From positions 1 through 26,733 of the IMG/VR virus record IMGVR_UViG_3300005077_000999: 26,733 bases of DNA; one strand, 5' to 3'. Shown here piece after piece: positions 9,074 to 18,045 of this stretch; the first letter of the stretch is position 1; each line of letters opens with the position of its first letter. Below the pieces are notes generated by a model that ran no database searches, was not told the DNA's origin, and saw only the letters and a list, made by a program, of their open reading frames with translations. The translations under genes and the position numbers were made by a program. This stretch comes from a virus (taxonomy: Duplodnaviria > Caudoviricetes).

Positions 9074-10750
9074 ATGGGTGCCTTGAACGTGAAAATTCGT
9101 CGCGGTAGAGTGTATAGACTGGTATACTCCGGCTCCCACGAAGAGGCGTATAAGGTAGGCGCATTACTGTGTAAATCTGTCTCTGCACATAATGTAGTTA
9201 CCCTACAGCCCGAACCGGTGTTTTACGAGGCTATTACCAGAACATTACCAACAACGCTTATCTCAAAAGAAGCCCAGGACTGGTATGAAGCTATAACTGA
9301 GAAGGAGTCGGAGGTGCTCCGTGCCCTATGGACCGAACCAAAGGAACCGGTTACCGTAGGCCAGATTTCCCTACTTCCACACCAGATAACTGGGCGTAAC
9401 TTCTTACGTGCTGCCAAGAGGGCTATCCTTGGCGACTTCAGGGGAGGAGGTAAGACAGTAACTGCCCTGGCTTCTATTGAGGATACCGACAACAATGTCC
9501 TTATCTTGGTGAAGCCCTACCTATTCAGCCAGTGGGAGGATATGATTCAACGTATGGAGCTTCCCCATAGGGTAATCCGCGTAGTGGGCTCCCCGAACAG
9601 CAAGATGACGCTGTTGGCCGAACGCCTTAACACCGAGGAGAAGATAATTGTCCTTGCTAGCTACGCTACCACTGAGAAGGTCCGCTATATGCCCCTCCTC
9701 CTGTCCAAAAGGTGGGACCTTCTAATCTGTGATGAGGCCCACTGCCTTACCAACCGCAAGAACGTCTGGACAAAGGCTGTGTTCGGCCTGGCTATGGCCT
9801 CCGACAAACTTATCCTTGCCACTGCCCAGGACTTCTGCACCAAATACCCCGATACGATATGGCCCCTTCTCAATATGGTCAACCCCGACCGGTTCCCCTC
9901 CTACTGGGACTTCTATCACTACTTCATCGAGTCCTATGAGGACTGGTTCGGACCAGTTCCGGTTCGGCCTATCCATACCCAGGAGCTTGCGATGATACTC
10001 TCAGCTATCCGTATCCGCCGAGAGTGGCCCGATGTAAGCTCCCAGATACCCCCGAAGATAGAAACCCCCGTCTTTGTAAAGCTCCAGCCAGAGCACCGGG
10101 AGGGCTACCTTAAAATCCTCCGTAAGAAAACAGAAATAGCTCAGTCCCTCCCCCAGGGTATCGCAACCTTTGGTTACCTACAGCGGTATATCAACGCGCC
10201 GGTATCCCTTGGCTATGAGAACTTCAAGCCCAAGACAGACCTTATCATTGACATGGCCCTGGATATTCTACAGGAAGGAGGCAAAATCCTTATCTTCGGG
10301 ATACACAAGGAATACCTCCGCATCCTCCTGAAAGAACTCCAAGCCTTGAAGATTCCAAACCGCACGGGAAACCAGAAACTTGTCAGGGCTATGCTCCTAG
10401 AAGGGGACATTCCCCCAATAGTCCGGGACCAGATGGTCAAGACCTTCAAAGCTGACCCGAGCTATGGTATCCTCCTGGCAACGATAGGGTCCTCTGGCAC
10501 TGGGATAAACCTCCCAGAGGTTAACACAGTGTTCTGTGTAGACATCCACTGGAACCCTGAGACTATGGGAAACGCAGTAGACCGGGCCTACCGACTCACG
10601 TCAACCGGCCCTGTGAACGTATACTATTTCATAGCCCGAGGGACTATAGACGAAGTAATTTATGAGGAGGTAATCAAAAAGAAGGAACATATCACCGAGA
10701 TCAATTCAGTCTGTTCCATAATGCAGAAGTTAGGAGGTAAAATAAAGTGA
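9074..10750 (+). CDS. SNF2-family (SF2) helicase/ATPase
   Basis: Motifs GDFRGGGKT, LLICDEAH, GTGINL and WNP…DRAYR. Start moved to GTG 9071/ATG 9074 because of the AAAGGAGG RBS; the track's ATG 9008 lies inside the -10 box. Confidence 0.88.
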   Translation: MGALNVKIRRGRVYRLVYSGSHEEAYKVGALLCKSVSAHNVVTLQPEPVFYEAITRTLPTTLISKEAQDWYEAITEKESEVLRALWTEPKEPVTVGQISLLPHQITGRNFLRAAKRAILGDFRGGGKTVTALASIEDTDNNVLILVKPYLFSQWEDMIQRMELPHRVIRVVGSPNSKMTLLAERLNTEEKIIVLASYATTEKVRYMPLLLSKRWDLLICDEAHCLTNRKNVWTKAVFGLAMASDKLILATAQDFCTKYPDTIWPLLNMVNPDRFPSYWDFYHYFIESYEDWFGPVPVRPIHTQELAMILSAIRIRREWPDVSSQIPPKIETPVFVKLQPEHREGYLKILRKKTEIAQSLPQGIATFGYLQRYINAPVSLGYENFKPKTDLIIDMALDILQEGGKILIFGIHKEYLRILLKELQALKIPNRTGNQKLVRAMLLEGDIPPIVRDQMVKTFKADPSYGILLATIGSSGTGINLPEVNTVFCVDIHWNPETMGNAVDRAYRLTSTGPVNVYYFIARGTIDEVIYEEVIKKKEHITEINSVCSIMQKLGGKIK

Positions 10751-11223
10751 GTTTAGAAATGGGCATAGATTTAGATCCACAACCACTTGAACTGAAAATC
10801 CGGCATACCTATGAATGTGATGATGACATAGAATTCGATGAGGAATCGTATACCTACCATGGTATAATATCCTCCCTTGGGGTTGATATTGTAGCGGCAG
10901 CAAGTGGAGGTGACTTCCAAGGTGATAGTATGCTGATTGTAAAGCTCAGTGATAGATATGGCATCCTCACTTACGGATGGGGTTCTTGCTCTGGATGCGA
11001 CAGACTGCTGGCCTGTAATGGGTATGAGGACATGGTAAACCTTCGCAGGGAGCTTATGCTATCAATCAAGTGGGGAACAAAAGAAGAAGTAATTGAGTAT
11101 CTCAGGACAAAGGACTGGGAGGTCACTCACTTCGATGCAGATTTGATTTGTAACTTCCTGAGTGCTGTCGATGAATACTTTGAACTCGGCCTGGCAGCTC
11201 CCTATAGAAAGGGGCTCGACTAA
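10747..11223 (+). CDS. Conserved phage hypothetical protein (GDFQGD…YGWGSCSGCD motif)
   Basis: 158 aa, GTG start with AGGAGG RBS, overlapping the helicase stop. Confidence 0.75.
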   Translation: MSLEMGIDLDPQPLELKIRHTYECDDDIEFDEESYTYHGIISSLGVDIVAAASGGDFQGDSMLIVKLSDRYGILTYGWGSCSGCDRLLACNGYEDMVNLRRELMLSIKWGTKEEVIEYLRTKDWEVTHFDADLICNFLSAVDEYFELGLAAPYRKGLD

Positions 11224-11224
11224 A

Positions 11225-12166
11225 ATGGGAAAGAAAGCACCCAGAATAATCTCTGCATCACAGCTTGAACTCCTCCGAACCTGCCCGAGGAAGTGGTATC
11301 TTGCACATATCCTGAAGGTAAGGACCCCAGTCAAGTCTGACCTGGAGGTAGGCAAGTTCATACACGACTCCATTGCCAAATACCATACCATAGGATGTTC
11401 CATAAAGGACTTGGAAGCCGACATCCTTACATACCCCACCTTATCGGCTGAGGTCAGGGACCTGGCCCTGGGAATGGTCAAGAACTACATAGACTACGAC
11501 CAGAGGAACCCTTTGATAACCCCAGATGTCCAAGAGGTTATCGTAGAGCGCGACTTCGAGGATGTATGCCTTGTCCACAAAGGTGTGACCCTCAAGTGGA
11601 AGCCTGATATGCTCCTGGTAAAGAAAGGCGAGGTTGCAATTGTTGAGCACAAGACCTCATCAAACGACTGGGATTCCTATGACTTCCTGATGCGCCCCCA
11701 GATGCGTATCTACATAATGGCTGCCTCACACGAGTTCACTGGGAAAAAGTGCACCGGGCTGTTCAACGTCCTTTACAAAAGGGTCCCCCGGATGCCCGAG
11801 ATAACCAAGCTCGGGAAGGTGTCCAAGGCGGCCTGCGTAACTACCCGGGAGATGTATATCGAAGCCATCCGTTCAACCGACGGCAAAATTGACGATTACA
11901 TCGACTTCCTGAGCAAGCTCCCCAACTACGTTTTCGTCGAACGCTACCCGGTGGACACCGTGCGCCCCAAGGATACGTTAAAGTTCATCGCCCAACAGGT
12001 AGACACGATGAACCACATCATAGATGTAGGGCTTCCCTACGGGACTGAGACCTTTGTCTGTAAGCAATGTCCTTACAAGGAAATCTGCGCCTCCGGCGGA
12101 GACAACGAAGCCAAGCTGGAAGATGCCATCAAATACTACAAACAAGACCACCAGGTGGAGGGGTAA
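11225..12166 (+). CDS. Cas4-like PD-(D/E)XK exonuclease (recombination)
   Basis: SASQLELLRTCPRKWY, GKFIH, KPD…IVEHKT and C-terminal CKQCPYKEIC (1+3 Cys Fe-S staple). Likely ATG at 11225. Confidence 0.85.
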   Translation: MGKKAPRIISASQLELLRTCPRKWYLAHILKVRTPVKSDLEVGKFIHDSIAKYHTIGCSIKDLEADILTYPTLSAEVRDLALGMVKNYIDYDQRNPLITPDVQEVIVERDFEDVCLVHKGVTLKWKPDMLLVKKGEVAIVEHKTSSNDWDSYDFLMRPQMRIYIMAASHEFTGKKCTGLFNVLYKRVPRMPEITKLGKVSKAACVTTREMYIEAIRSTDGKIDDYIDFLSKLPNYVFVERYPVDTVRPKDTLKFIAQQVDTMNHIIDVGLPYGTETFVCKQCPYKEICASGGDNEAKLEDAIKYYKQDHQVEG

Positions 12167-12167
12167 A

Positions 12168-12374
12168 ATGTTCAAGATAGAGATTTATACCATCTGTGAC
12201 CGGTGTCAGGGGACTGGCAGGATTACGCCAACCGCCTACCCAGACAAGACCATATCCTGTGTTGACTGTGAGGACGGTAAGAACTACGTTGGGGACCTGG
12301 AGGACCCCCAGTGGATGATGCGGAACGAAAAAATAATTGTGATAAAAGGCATAATAAACCTTGACAAGTTATGA
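12168..12374 (+). CDS. Small zinc-finger protein (CxxCxGxG…CxxC)
   Basis: GGAGGG RBS then ATG 12168: MFKIEIYTICDRCQGTGRI…SCVDCEDGK. Confidence 0.7.
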   Translation: MFKIEIYTICDRCQGTGRITPTAYPDKTISCVDCEDGKNYVGDLEDPQWMMRNEKIIVIKGIINLDKL

Positions 12375-12389
12375 TTTTTGTGTTATGAT
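12361..12389 (+). promoter_or_regulatory. Internal sigma70-type promoter
   Basis: TTGACA, 17-nt spacer, TATGAT; same CTTGACAA…GTGTTATGAT layout as 8983-9012. Confidence 0.8.
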
Positions 12390-12424
12390 ATAGTGGGGAA
12401 GCCCCCCACGGAAAGGGGTAAAAA

Positions 12425-13126
12425 ATGGGTTTCGGAAAAGTCAAAGACATCGAACGGGTCCCCTCAATGCTCATATATGGGGACAACGGCTGTGGCAAGA
12501 CCCACCTGATAGGCACCAACTGCGATGTGCCCATCCTGCAGCCCTCTATGCATCTGGACTTCGACGTAGGAGGAGTTACCATTCAGAAGCTCAATGGGGA
12601 GCAGGATAACTTCGTCTGGGACGAGGGGTCCAAGCTCCGCCAGTTGAAGAGAATCCCGGATGCCTTGAGGAAGGGCAAATACCAGTCCGTGTTCATCGAC
12701 ACCTTGTCAACGCTGATGATGGAACTGATGGACGAAATCAGTGGAGGGGCGCACCCCCAGTTCGCACACTGGAACACATTGTTCCGGGAGACCTTGACCT
12801 TTATCAAGGACCTGAAGCGTGTAGTCCCGGTGCTGGTAGCCACAGCGTTCCCCACCTACATTGAGGACAGTGAGGGCTCGGTGGTCGGGGTAACTCCGCT
12901 GATGAACGGCAAAGCCTTCCCCAAGTATGCGATGAATGAGTTCAACATTATTGGGTTTCTCCGCTTAAAGACGATTAAGACAGGGAAAGAGGAGAAGGTA
13001 ATTTACACCTTGACAACAAAGCCCAACGGATTCAGCACGGCTCGGGACAGGTATGCCGGAGTAGGGGAAATCATCGACCCCACCTTCGCCAAGATTATGG
13101 AGAAGATTGGTGGTGAAAAAGAATGA
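12425..13126 (+). CDS. Sak4-like (AAA_24) P-loop recombination ATPase
   Basis: LIYGDNGCGKT Walker A, VFIDTLS Walker B and C-terminal ARDR. It sits in the usual nuclease-Sak4-SSB neighbourhood. Confidence 0.8.
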   Translation: MGFGKVKDIERVPSMLIYGDNGCGKTHLIGTNCDVPILQPSMHLDFDVGGVTIQKLNGEQDNFVWDEGSKLRQLKRIPDALRKGKYQSVFIDTLSTLMMELMDEISGGAHPQFAHWNTLFRETLTFIKDLKRVVPVLVATAFPTYIEDSEGSVVGVTPLMNGKAFPKYAMNEFNIIGFLRLKTIKTGKEEKVIYTLTTKPNGFSTARDRYAGVGEIIDPTFAKIMEKIGGEKE

Positions 13127-13911
13127 AGACCCTGAAGAGAACTCACCTGAAATGGAAAACAACGCTACATGGCAGGTATCCTACGCACGGCTATACACCG
13201 TTTTCGGTAGACAAATGGCATCACGTAGAGGGGAACATATGCGCCTGTATCCGGGGGTTCCACTGCTCTGACTACATATTTGATGCCATACGCTTCGTGC
13301 CTCCCCAGGAAATCCACCTGGTCCAGGCTGGAGGGAGCTACGATAGAAACTATGCCAGTGAGCGGATGTGCTATGAAAAATATGCATTTAGGCATATGCG
13401 TATAATCAAGACCTTTAACATCACCCGGGAGATTCTAATGGGGATAGTGAAAGAAGCAGTAACAACTCTTATGGAGAAGTCTAGATACAGTTCTTGCGAC
13501 TACCTACAGCACATTTTTGAAGTGGCTCTGCAAGGCATATCCCCTTCATGCTATCAGGGTGTGCCCGGCCAAATGTATTCTATCATGATAAACGTAGCCC
13601 ATATTTTTAAAGCACCAGATTATACCCTTACTATTGCACCTACCGCAGAGTATACCAAAAAAGTATTTAATTACATTCAGATAGCTATTGATAATGCCTT
13701 CACTGGTGTAGATGAAAGGGCTGCTATCGGATTAGCTATCAGAGAACGTGTCCAAGCTTGGTTTATGGAAAACGTAGTAAAGGAGAGTGTTGAAGAATGT
13801 CTCGATTCATACATCAAGCGTTACCCGAAGAATACACAACCGCCACAGCCGAAATCTTCGCCCGAAAAGAAGAAGAGACCTGGGAAAGATACAGAACGTC
13901 CTGCTTCTTAG
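13123..13911 (+). CDS. Hypothetical phage protein with N-terminal CxxGFHCS domain
   Basis: 262 aa, ATGA overlap with the upstream stop. ACIRGFHCSDYIFDAI is a recurrent phage motif. Confidence 0.7.
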   Translation: MKTLKRTHLKWKTTLHGRYPTHGYTPFSVDKWHHVEGNICACIRGFHCSDYIFDAIRFVPPQEIHLVQAGGSYDRNYASERMCYEKYAFRHMRIIKTFNITREILMGIVKEAVTTLMEKSRYSSCDYLQHIFEVALQGISPSCYQGVPGQMYSIMINVAHIFKAPDYTLTIAPTAEYTKKVFNYIQIAIDNAFTGVDERAAIGLAIRERVQAWFMENVVKESVEECLDSYIKRYPKNTQPPQPKSSPEKKKRPGKDTERPAS

Positions 13912-14216
13912 AGCTTAAACTGATGCGTAGGAGAGCCAGGTTGAAAAATATGGCAATAAAATATCTTCAATACTTACACAGAAGCCTGAAAACTAATTTC
14001 TACCACGAACTTACGCAGTATATTGCCAAGGAAGAGAGGCGAAGGACACATCTCCTCCTCGGCGCAACAGACCGGGCGGCCCGGGCAGAAAAGCTGGATT
14101 ATGCAATAGAATGTGAGAGGAGGTATCAGGAATCTCTTTTAGAACTCTATCGTAAAGTAAGGGAGGTGATAGCAAAGGGGAGAAACTTTCTTGTTACGTA
14201 TGAAGTCCAGTGTTAA
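13797..14216 (+). CDS. Hypothetical basic helical protein
   Basis: 139 aa with AAGGAG about 11 nt upstream; overlaps the previous gene by 115 nt. Confidence 0.55.
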   Translation: MSRFIHQALPEEYTTATAEIFARKEEETWERYRTSCFLELKLMRRRARLKNMAIKYLQYLHRSLKTNFYHELTQYIAKEERRRTHLLLGATDRAARAEKLDYAIECERRYQESLLELYRKVREVIAKGRNFLVTYEVQC

Positions 14217-14242
14217 ACAAAAAAAAGTAAAGGAGAACACCA

Positions 14243-14701
14243 ATGTCAAAGAAGAATGCTGCCGTAACCGAACCTGAAATAGAGGAGGTTGACTTCACCA
14301 AAGCCGAGCTTGAAGCCGGAGTCTATCCTGCAACCATCACAAAAGCTGTAAAGCACATCGGCAAGTCCGGCAACGAATGCATCAAGTTCACGTTCTGCGT
14401 CGATGACGAGTCCGAGAAGGGCTCCACAATGACAATGTTCCTGGTCAAGAAGAACGCCGATGGGAGCCCCGTCAGAAAGAGCCGCTGGACGCAGCTTGGC
14501 AAAGCTCTCGGTCTCCAGGCAGAGGACCTCACACAGCTCTGGAAGGAGAACTTCGGTGGTGTTGACAAGGAAGGCACATACCACTACTTCGACCGGATGG
14601 CACTCCGCGTCGTTATCAAAGTGAGCCCGGACCCGCTCACCGGATACCCCGTGGGTGACATCGCTGGAATGCTCCCTATGGAAGAAAAGGCAGGTAAGTA
14701 G
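14243..14701 (+). CDS. DUF669-like / phage single-stranded DNA-binding protein
   Basis: AAAGGAG RBS; LEAGVYPATITKA…KSGNECIKFTF motif; downstream of the Sak4-like gene. Confidence 0.7.
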   Translation: MSKKNAAVTEPEIEEVDFTKAELEAGVYPATITKAVKHIGKSGNECIKFTFCVDDESEKGSTMTMFLVKKNADGSPVRKSRWTQLGKALGLQAEDLTQLWKENFGGVDKEGTYHYFDRMALRVVIKVSPDPLTGYPVGDIAGMLPMEEKAGK

Positions 14702-14703
14702 TC

Positions 14704-14874
14704 ATGGTCCGTCTGTCCGTAGTCGTAACACCAGAATTACATTGCTTCCTGACACGACACGCACGGACATTCGGGTTCAAGAGTGTCTCAGCGTTGGTCC
14801 GTAAGATTATCGAGGAGTATCACAATGGAGAAAGTAGTCTCTCGACTTTAAGCGAAAGCGAAGACGACTATTAG
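14704..14874 (+). CDS. Ribbon-helix-helix DNA-binding protein (CopG/Arc-like), not in the ORF track
   Basis: 56 aa, MVRLSVVVTPELHCFLTRHARTFGFKSVSALVRKIIEEY…: alternating beta-strand, helix A, G-x-x-S-x-S turn, helix B (LVRKII). It fills the gap between the SSB and primase genes. Confidence 0.75.
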   Translation: MVRLSVVVTPELHCFLTRHARTFGFKSVSALVRKIIEEYHNGESSLSTLSESEDDY

Positions 14875-14883
14875 GGAGGATTT

Positions 14884-17148
14884 ATGAAGCTCGTTTTAGG
14901 GATGAACATTAAAGACTGTCCCTTGTGTAAAAACGGAACGCTCTCTGAAACTGATGAAACTGTAAGGTGTAGCAACTGTGGGCCTGTAAGCAATACGACT
15001 TTAATCTCAGCAGTATATGGCGTATCTAAATTGATGGCCTCCAAGCTACTCGCAACCGGAAAAACGAAAACTCTAGCACAAACCAGTAAAAAACAATTTG
15101 CACAGTTCGCGTATAGCAACGCGGCCCCTGGGACAATCATTAATGCCCTCGACGAGAATGGGGACCAGCTTATTGATGTTCCCACGATATATCCAATGCT
15201 GGAGGATGGGTATGATGTAATCCTCACGGACGAGTTCGTCCCGGATACACCATACCCCTCCCCAGTAATGATATACAAAGGAGGTATAAATCCTGAGTGG
15301 TGCTCCTGGTTTCAGGGCAAGACGGTCACGATTATTTACCACTCGAACGAGCCCTTGGCAAGGACCCTGGCGAAAATGCTCACCGATATGGACGCAGCCG
15401 TAAGGCTTGGCAAATATGCTGTCGATGGGCCAACCTCGTATAACTCCGCCGTGGCTTGCCTGGGGGTGAAAGACAGGGTTATCGAACTGGAGGACAGGAA
15501 ATCTCTGAAAGGAGTGAGCTTACGTGAGCTGGTAGAATCATATCACAGCATCATCCTTAAAGGCCGGGTAATATACAAGCCTTCCCTACAAATCCCGGTT
15601 GCGAAGGCAGTGGATGGTGTTATTCAGTGGTTTCGGGACAACGGGGCCAGGTTCCTGTGGGATACATCAGAGGATCAAGGCTATATGCTGTATAACAACA
15701 GAGTTTATATCCTGCGGGAATCTAACCCGTTGCTCCGAAGCCTTCTCAAGGAACTCGGGGGGATCTCCCGGGCCACATCTGACGGGAAGGCTATTTTCGA
15801 GGGGATGACTGCTTTAGCAAATACATCGGAGGAAGTCCGGCCTATGCAGTGGCTCAATGTTGATACTGTCAAAGGTGAGATTGCTATAAGGCAAGGTGAG
15901 ACTACGATAAAGGTTTCAAAGGAAGGTGTTCGTGTTGAGGAAATTGACTCCCTATCCTATGACCTTATTCTTGGTGACAAGAAATGGTTCACACCGATTA
16001 CTTTTAAAGAGGGGTCAAAACACGATGGACTTGATATGCTCTTTCGAGGAGTCGCCGATTACTTCGCCTGCCCCCCTGTGGCCCGTGAGCTGCTTATTTC
16101 CTGGCTCATCGCTATATTCCTCAAAGACTATTCGAGCATACGACCTGGGGTCCGCGTGTCCGGGCCTGCGTCAACTGGGAAATCCACAATGTTACAGTTG
16201 TTATACTGGCTGTTCTATGGGAAGGATGACATGGAACTGCCCGCGTTCCCGACAGTGGCGGGGCTTTGGAGAATATCCTCAATGGAACCGTTCATACCCC
16301 TGGACAATAAGAACCTGGAGGATATGGGAGATGATGTCAGGACTTTCCTTGATGTCGCAGCTACCGGAGGTAAGCGCGTCCTCGGTGTATCAGGAGGCGA
16401 TACAAGAGAAGTTCGGTTTCAAAAGGCCCACACTTTCGTCCTTATTTCCGGTCTGGACGTATCTTTACATCACGATGTAAGGACCAGGTATTTCGAGATA
16501 GAAACAGACCCCACCTACAAGACCGGGTTTTATTCCTTGAAGCAACGGCAGTTTCTGTTCGAGAACAGGGATACTATAATGTCAGCCATCCTTGAGCTAC
16601 TGTCCCAAGATGTCCTTCCAACCATCCAGGAATACGCCAACGAACAGATGGCCGCAAAATACCGAGTCCTCCTTGACACAAAGGAACGCACGGTGGACTA
16701 CTTCCTTTTAATGCTTGCCGTGGGCTCTGCTCTCCAGAAGTATGGTCTCATCCCCGAGGGGGACCTTGGCATACGATGGACCGATTACATCCGGGAGAAG
16801 GCAGATGCCACCGACCGGAACACTGCCCTTACTGTGGAGTGGTGGCGCAACTTCAAAATCGCTGTTACAAAATCAAGAGATCAGATTTTTGACTTTACCT
16901 CTGATACTCCCTACCCGTTTAACTTCATCTACAAGGATAAGAAAATCATCGGTATCACTGGGTCCCCGGAAGATCTCCTGAACGCCCTGGCCTGGGCCGC
17001 GAAGGAACTTGGAAGGCAGCTCCCCTGGAAAACCGTCCGTGCCTACACCACGGAGATGAAGCAGGACAAAAAGACCTGGGACCTTATGGGGTGGGAGCAG
17101 GTTATAAGTGGAGAAACCATAATTCTGAAATGGGGAGAGGGGATATAA
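14884..17148 (+). CDS. Primase-helicase-like replication protein (Zn ribbon, TOPRIM-like region, P-loop helicase)
   Basis: N-terminal CPLC…CSNC; EWCSWFQGKTVTIIY TOPRIM-like strand; Walker A SGPASTGKST, Walker B-like IPLDN, AATGG and DVRTR. RBS GGGAGGA. Confidence 0.7.
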   Translation: MKLVLGMNIKDCPLCKNGTLSETDETVRCSNCGPVSNTTLISAVYGVSKLMASKLLATGKTKTLAQTSKKQFAQFAYSNAAPGTIINALDENGDQLIDVPTIYPMLEDGYDVILTDEFVPDTPYPSPVMIYKGGINPEWCSWFQGKTVTIIYHSNEPLARTLAKMLTDMDAAVRLGKYAVDGPTSYNSAVACLGVKDRVIELEDRKSLKGVSLRELVESYHSIILKGRVIYKPSLQIPVAKAVDGVIQWFRDNGARFLWDTSEDQGYMLYNNRVYILRESNPLLRSLLKELGGISRATSDGKAIFEGMTALANTSEEVRPMQWLNVDTVKGEIAIRQGETTIKVSKEGVRVEEIDSLSYDLILGDKKWFTPITFKEGSKHDGLDMLFRGVADYFACPPVARELLISWLIAIFLKDYSSIRPGVRVSGPASTGKSTMLQLLYWLFYGKDDMELPAFPTVAGLWRISSMEPFIPLDNKNLEDMGDDVRTFLDVAATGGKRVLGVSGGDTREVRFQKAHTFVLISGLDVSLHHDVRTRYFEIETDPTYKTGFYSLKQRQFLFENRDTIMSAILELLSQDVLPTIQEYANEQMAAKYRVLLDTKERTVDYFLLMLAVGSALQKYGLIPEGDLGIRWTDYIREKADATDRNTALTVEWWRNFKIAVTKSRDQIFDFTSDTPYPFNFIYKDKKIIGITGSPEDLLNALAWAAKELGRQLPWKTVRAYTTEMKQDKKTWDLMGWEQVISGETIILKWGEGI

Positions 17149-17149
17149 A

Positions 17150-17848
17150 ATGAAACGGATTATCCACGTAGTCCCGGACCTGTCCCTGCTACCCCCCGAG
17201 GTAGTTAAATACGTCCGGTTCAACGAGATACCAAGGAAAACCACTGACCTCAATTTGATGATAGACTTCACGGCATCATATGGGGGCTACCGGGACGGCA
17301 AGAACGCTGCCCAGGACATTATCTACAAGAAGCACCCCCAGTCGGTTATTCTGCACAAGGAAGGCATCCAGGCAAGTGTATACGTCCCGGAGACTACTCA
17401 GGTGATATGTAAGATTGACGCTACCTCCCGGGGCTTCCGCCGGGACCTGAAGGACTGCCTGGACGATTACCGGACGGATGCCATCCTGATAGATTCCTGG
17501 GAAAAGGTGGCCGGGGAGATAAAGAACACTGACATTGATTTGAATATTGGAAAGCCTGTTTACCTATTTGAGACCCGGGGGGATGTGTTCGGGCTCCTGA
17601 CTTTCGCGTCTCAGCTCGATATGTGCCGGGGGGTTATCTCCTCCGCTGCTACGAACTACGCGAACCACGGGGTAGTCCTGACCCCCTTGCCAATGGCTAA
17701 CTTTATGCTTCCGTTACCGGATACATCTACCTGGGGAGAGGAGGAGTCTTATCGGATAATTCGGATTTACAACCAAGCCTGTATGGAGTGCTGGATTGAT
17801 GGGCTCCAGGCCCCGAACTTTGGGAAGTTCCTGAAAGGAGAGTTTTAA
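17150..17848 (+). CDS. Hypothetical protein, possibly a diverged TIM-barrel
   Basis: 232-aa ORF in operon context with an RBS. The fold guess is weak (see findings). Confidence 0.7.
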   Translation: MKRIIHVVPDLSLLPPEVVKYVRFNEIPRKTTDLNLMIDFTASYGGYRDGKNAAQDIIYKKHPQSVILHKEGIQASVYVPETTQVICKIDATSRGFRRDLKDCLDDYRTDAILIDSWEKVAGEIKNTDIDLNIGKPVYLFETRGDVFGLLTFASQLDMCRGVISSAATNYANHGVVLTPLPMANFMLPLPDTSTWGEEESYRIIRIYNQACMECWIDGLQAPNFGKFLKGEF

Positions 17849-17932
17849 ATGGACTGGTGTGAATTCTGTATATACCGCGATTTCTGCAGCCCCTTTGAAG
17901 AATGTCTTATGTTGTCAGAGGAGGATTTGTAA
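17849..17932 (+). CDS. 27-aa Cys-rich micro-protein
   Basis: AAAGGAG RBS; MDWCEFCIYRDFCSPFEECLMLSEEDL; TAATG coupling to the next ORF. Confidence 0.55.
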   Translation: MDWCEFCIYRDFCSPFEECLMLSEEDL

Positions 17933-18045
17933 TGGCATATTTTGAATGTCCAAGCTGTGGTTTCAGTGACTTTAAATGGGTCAACTTAGATGGCTACACC
18001 GCAGAGTTAACCTGTAATATTTGTGGAGAGGTATGGTATGAATAA
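17932..18045 (+). CDS. 37-aa zinc-ribbon micro-protein
   Basis: GAGGAGG RBS; MAYFECPSCGFSDFKWVNLDGYTAELTCNICGEVWYE; its stop abuts the polymerase ATG. Confidence 0.65.
   Translation: MAYFECPSCGFSDFKWVNLDGYTAELTCNICGEVWYE

Noticed and set aside
11225-12166. Cas4-like gene as evidence of a CRISPR-Cas system
   Set aside because: There are no other cas genes and no repeat-spacer array. The nuclease-Sak4-SSB context indicates phage recombination.
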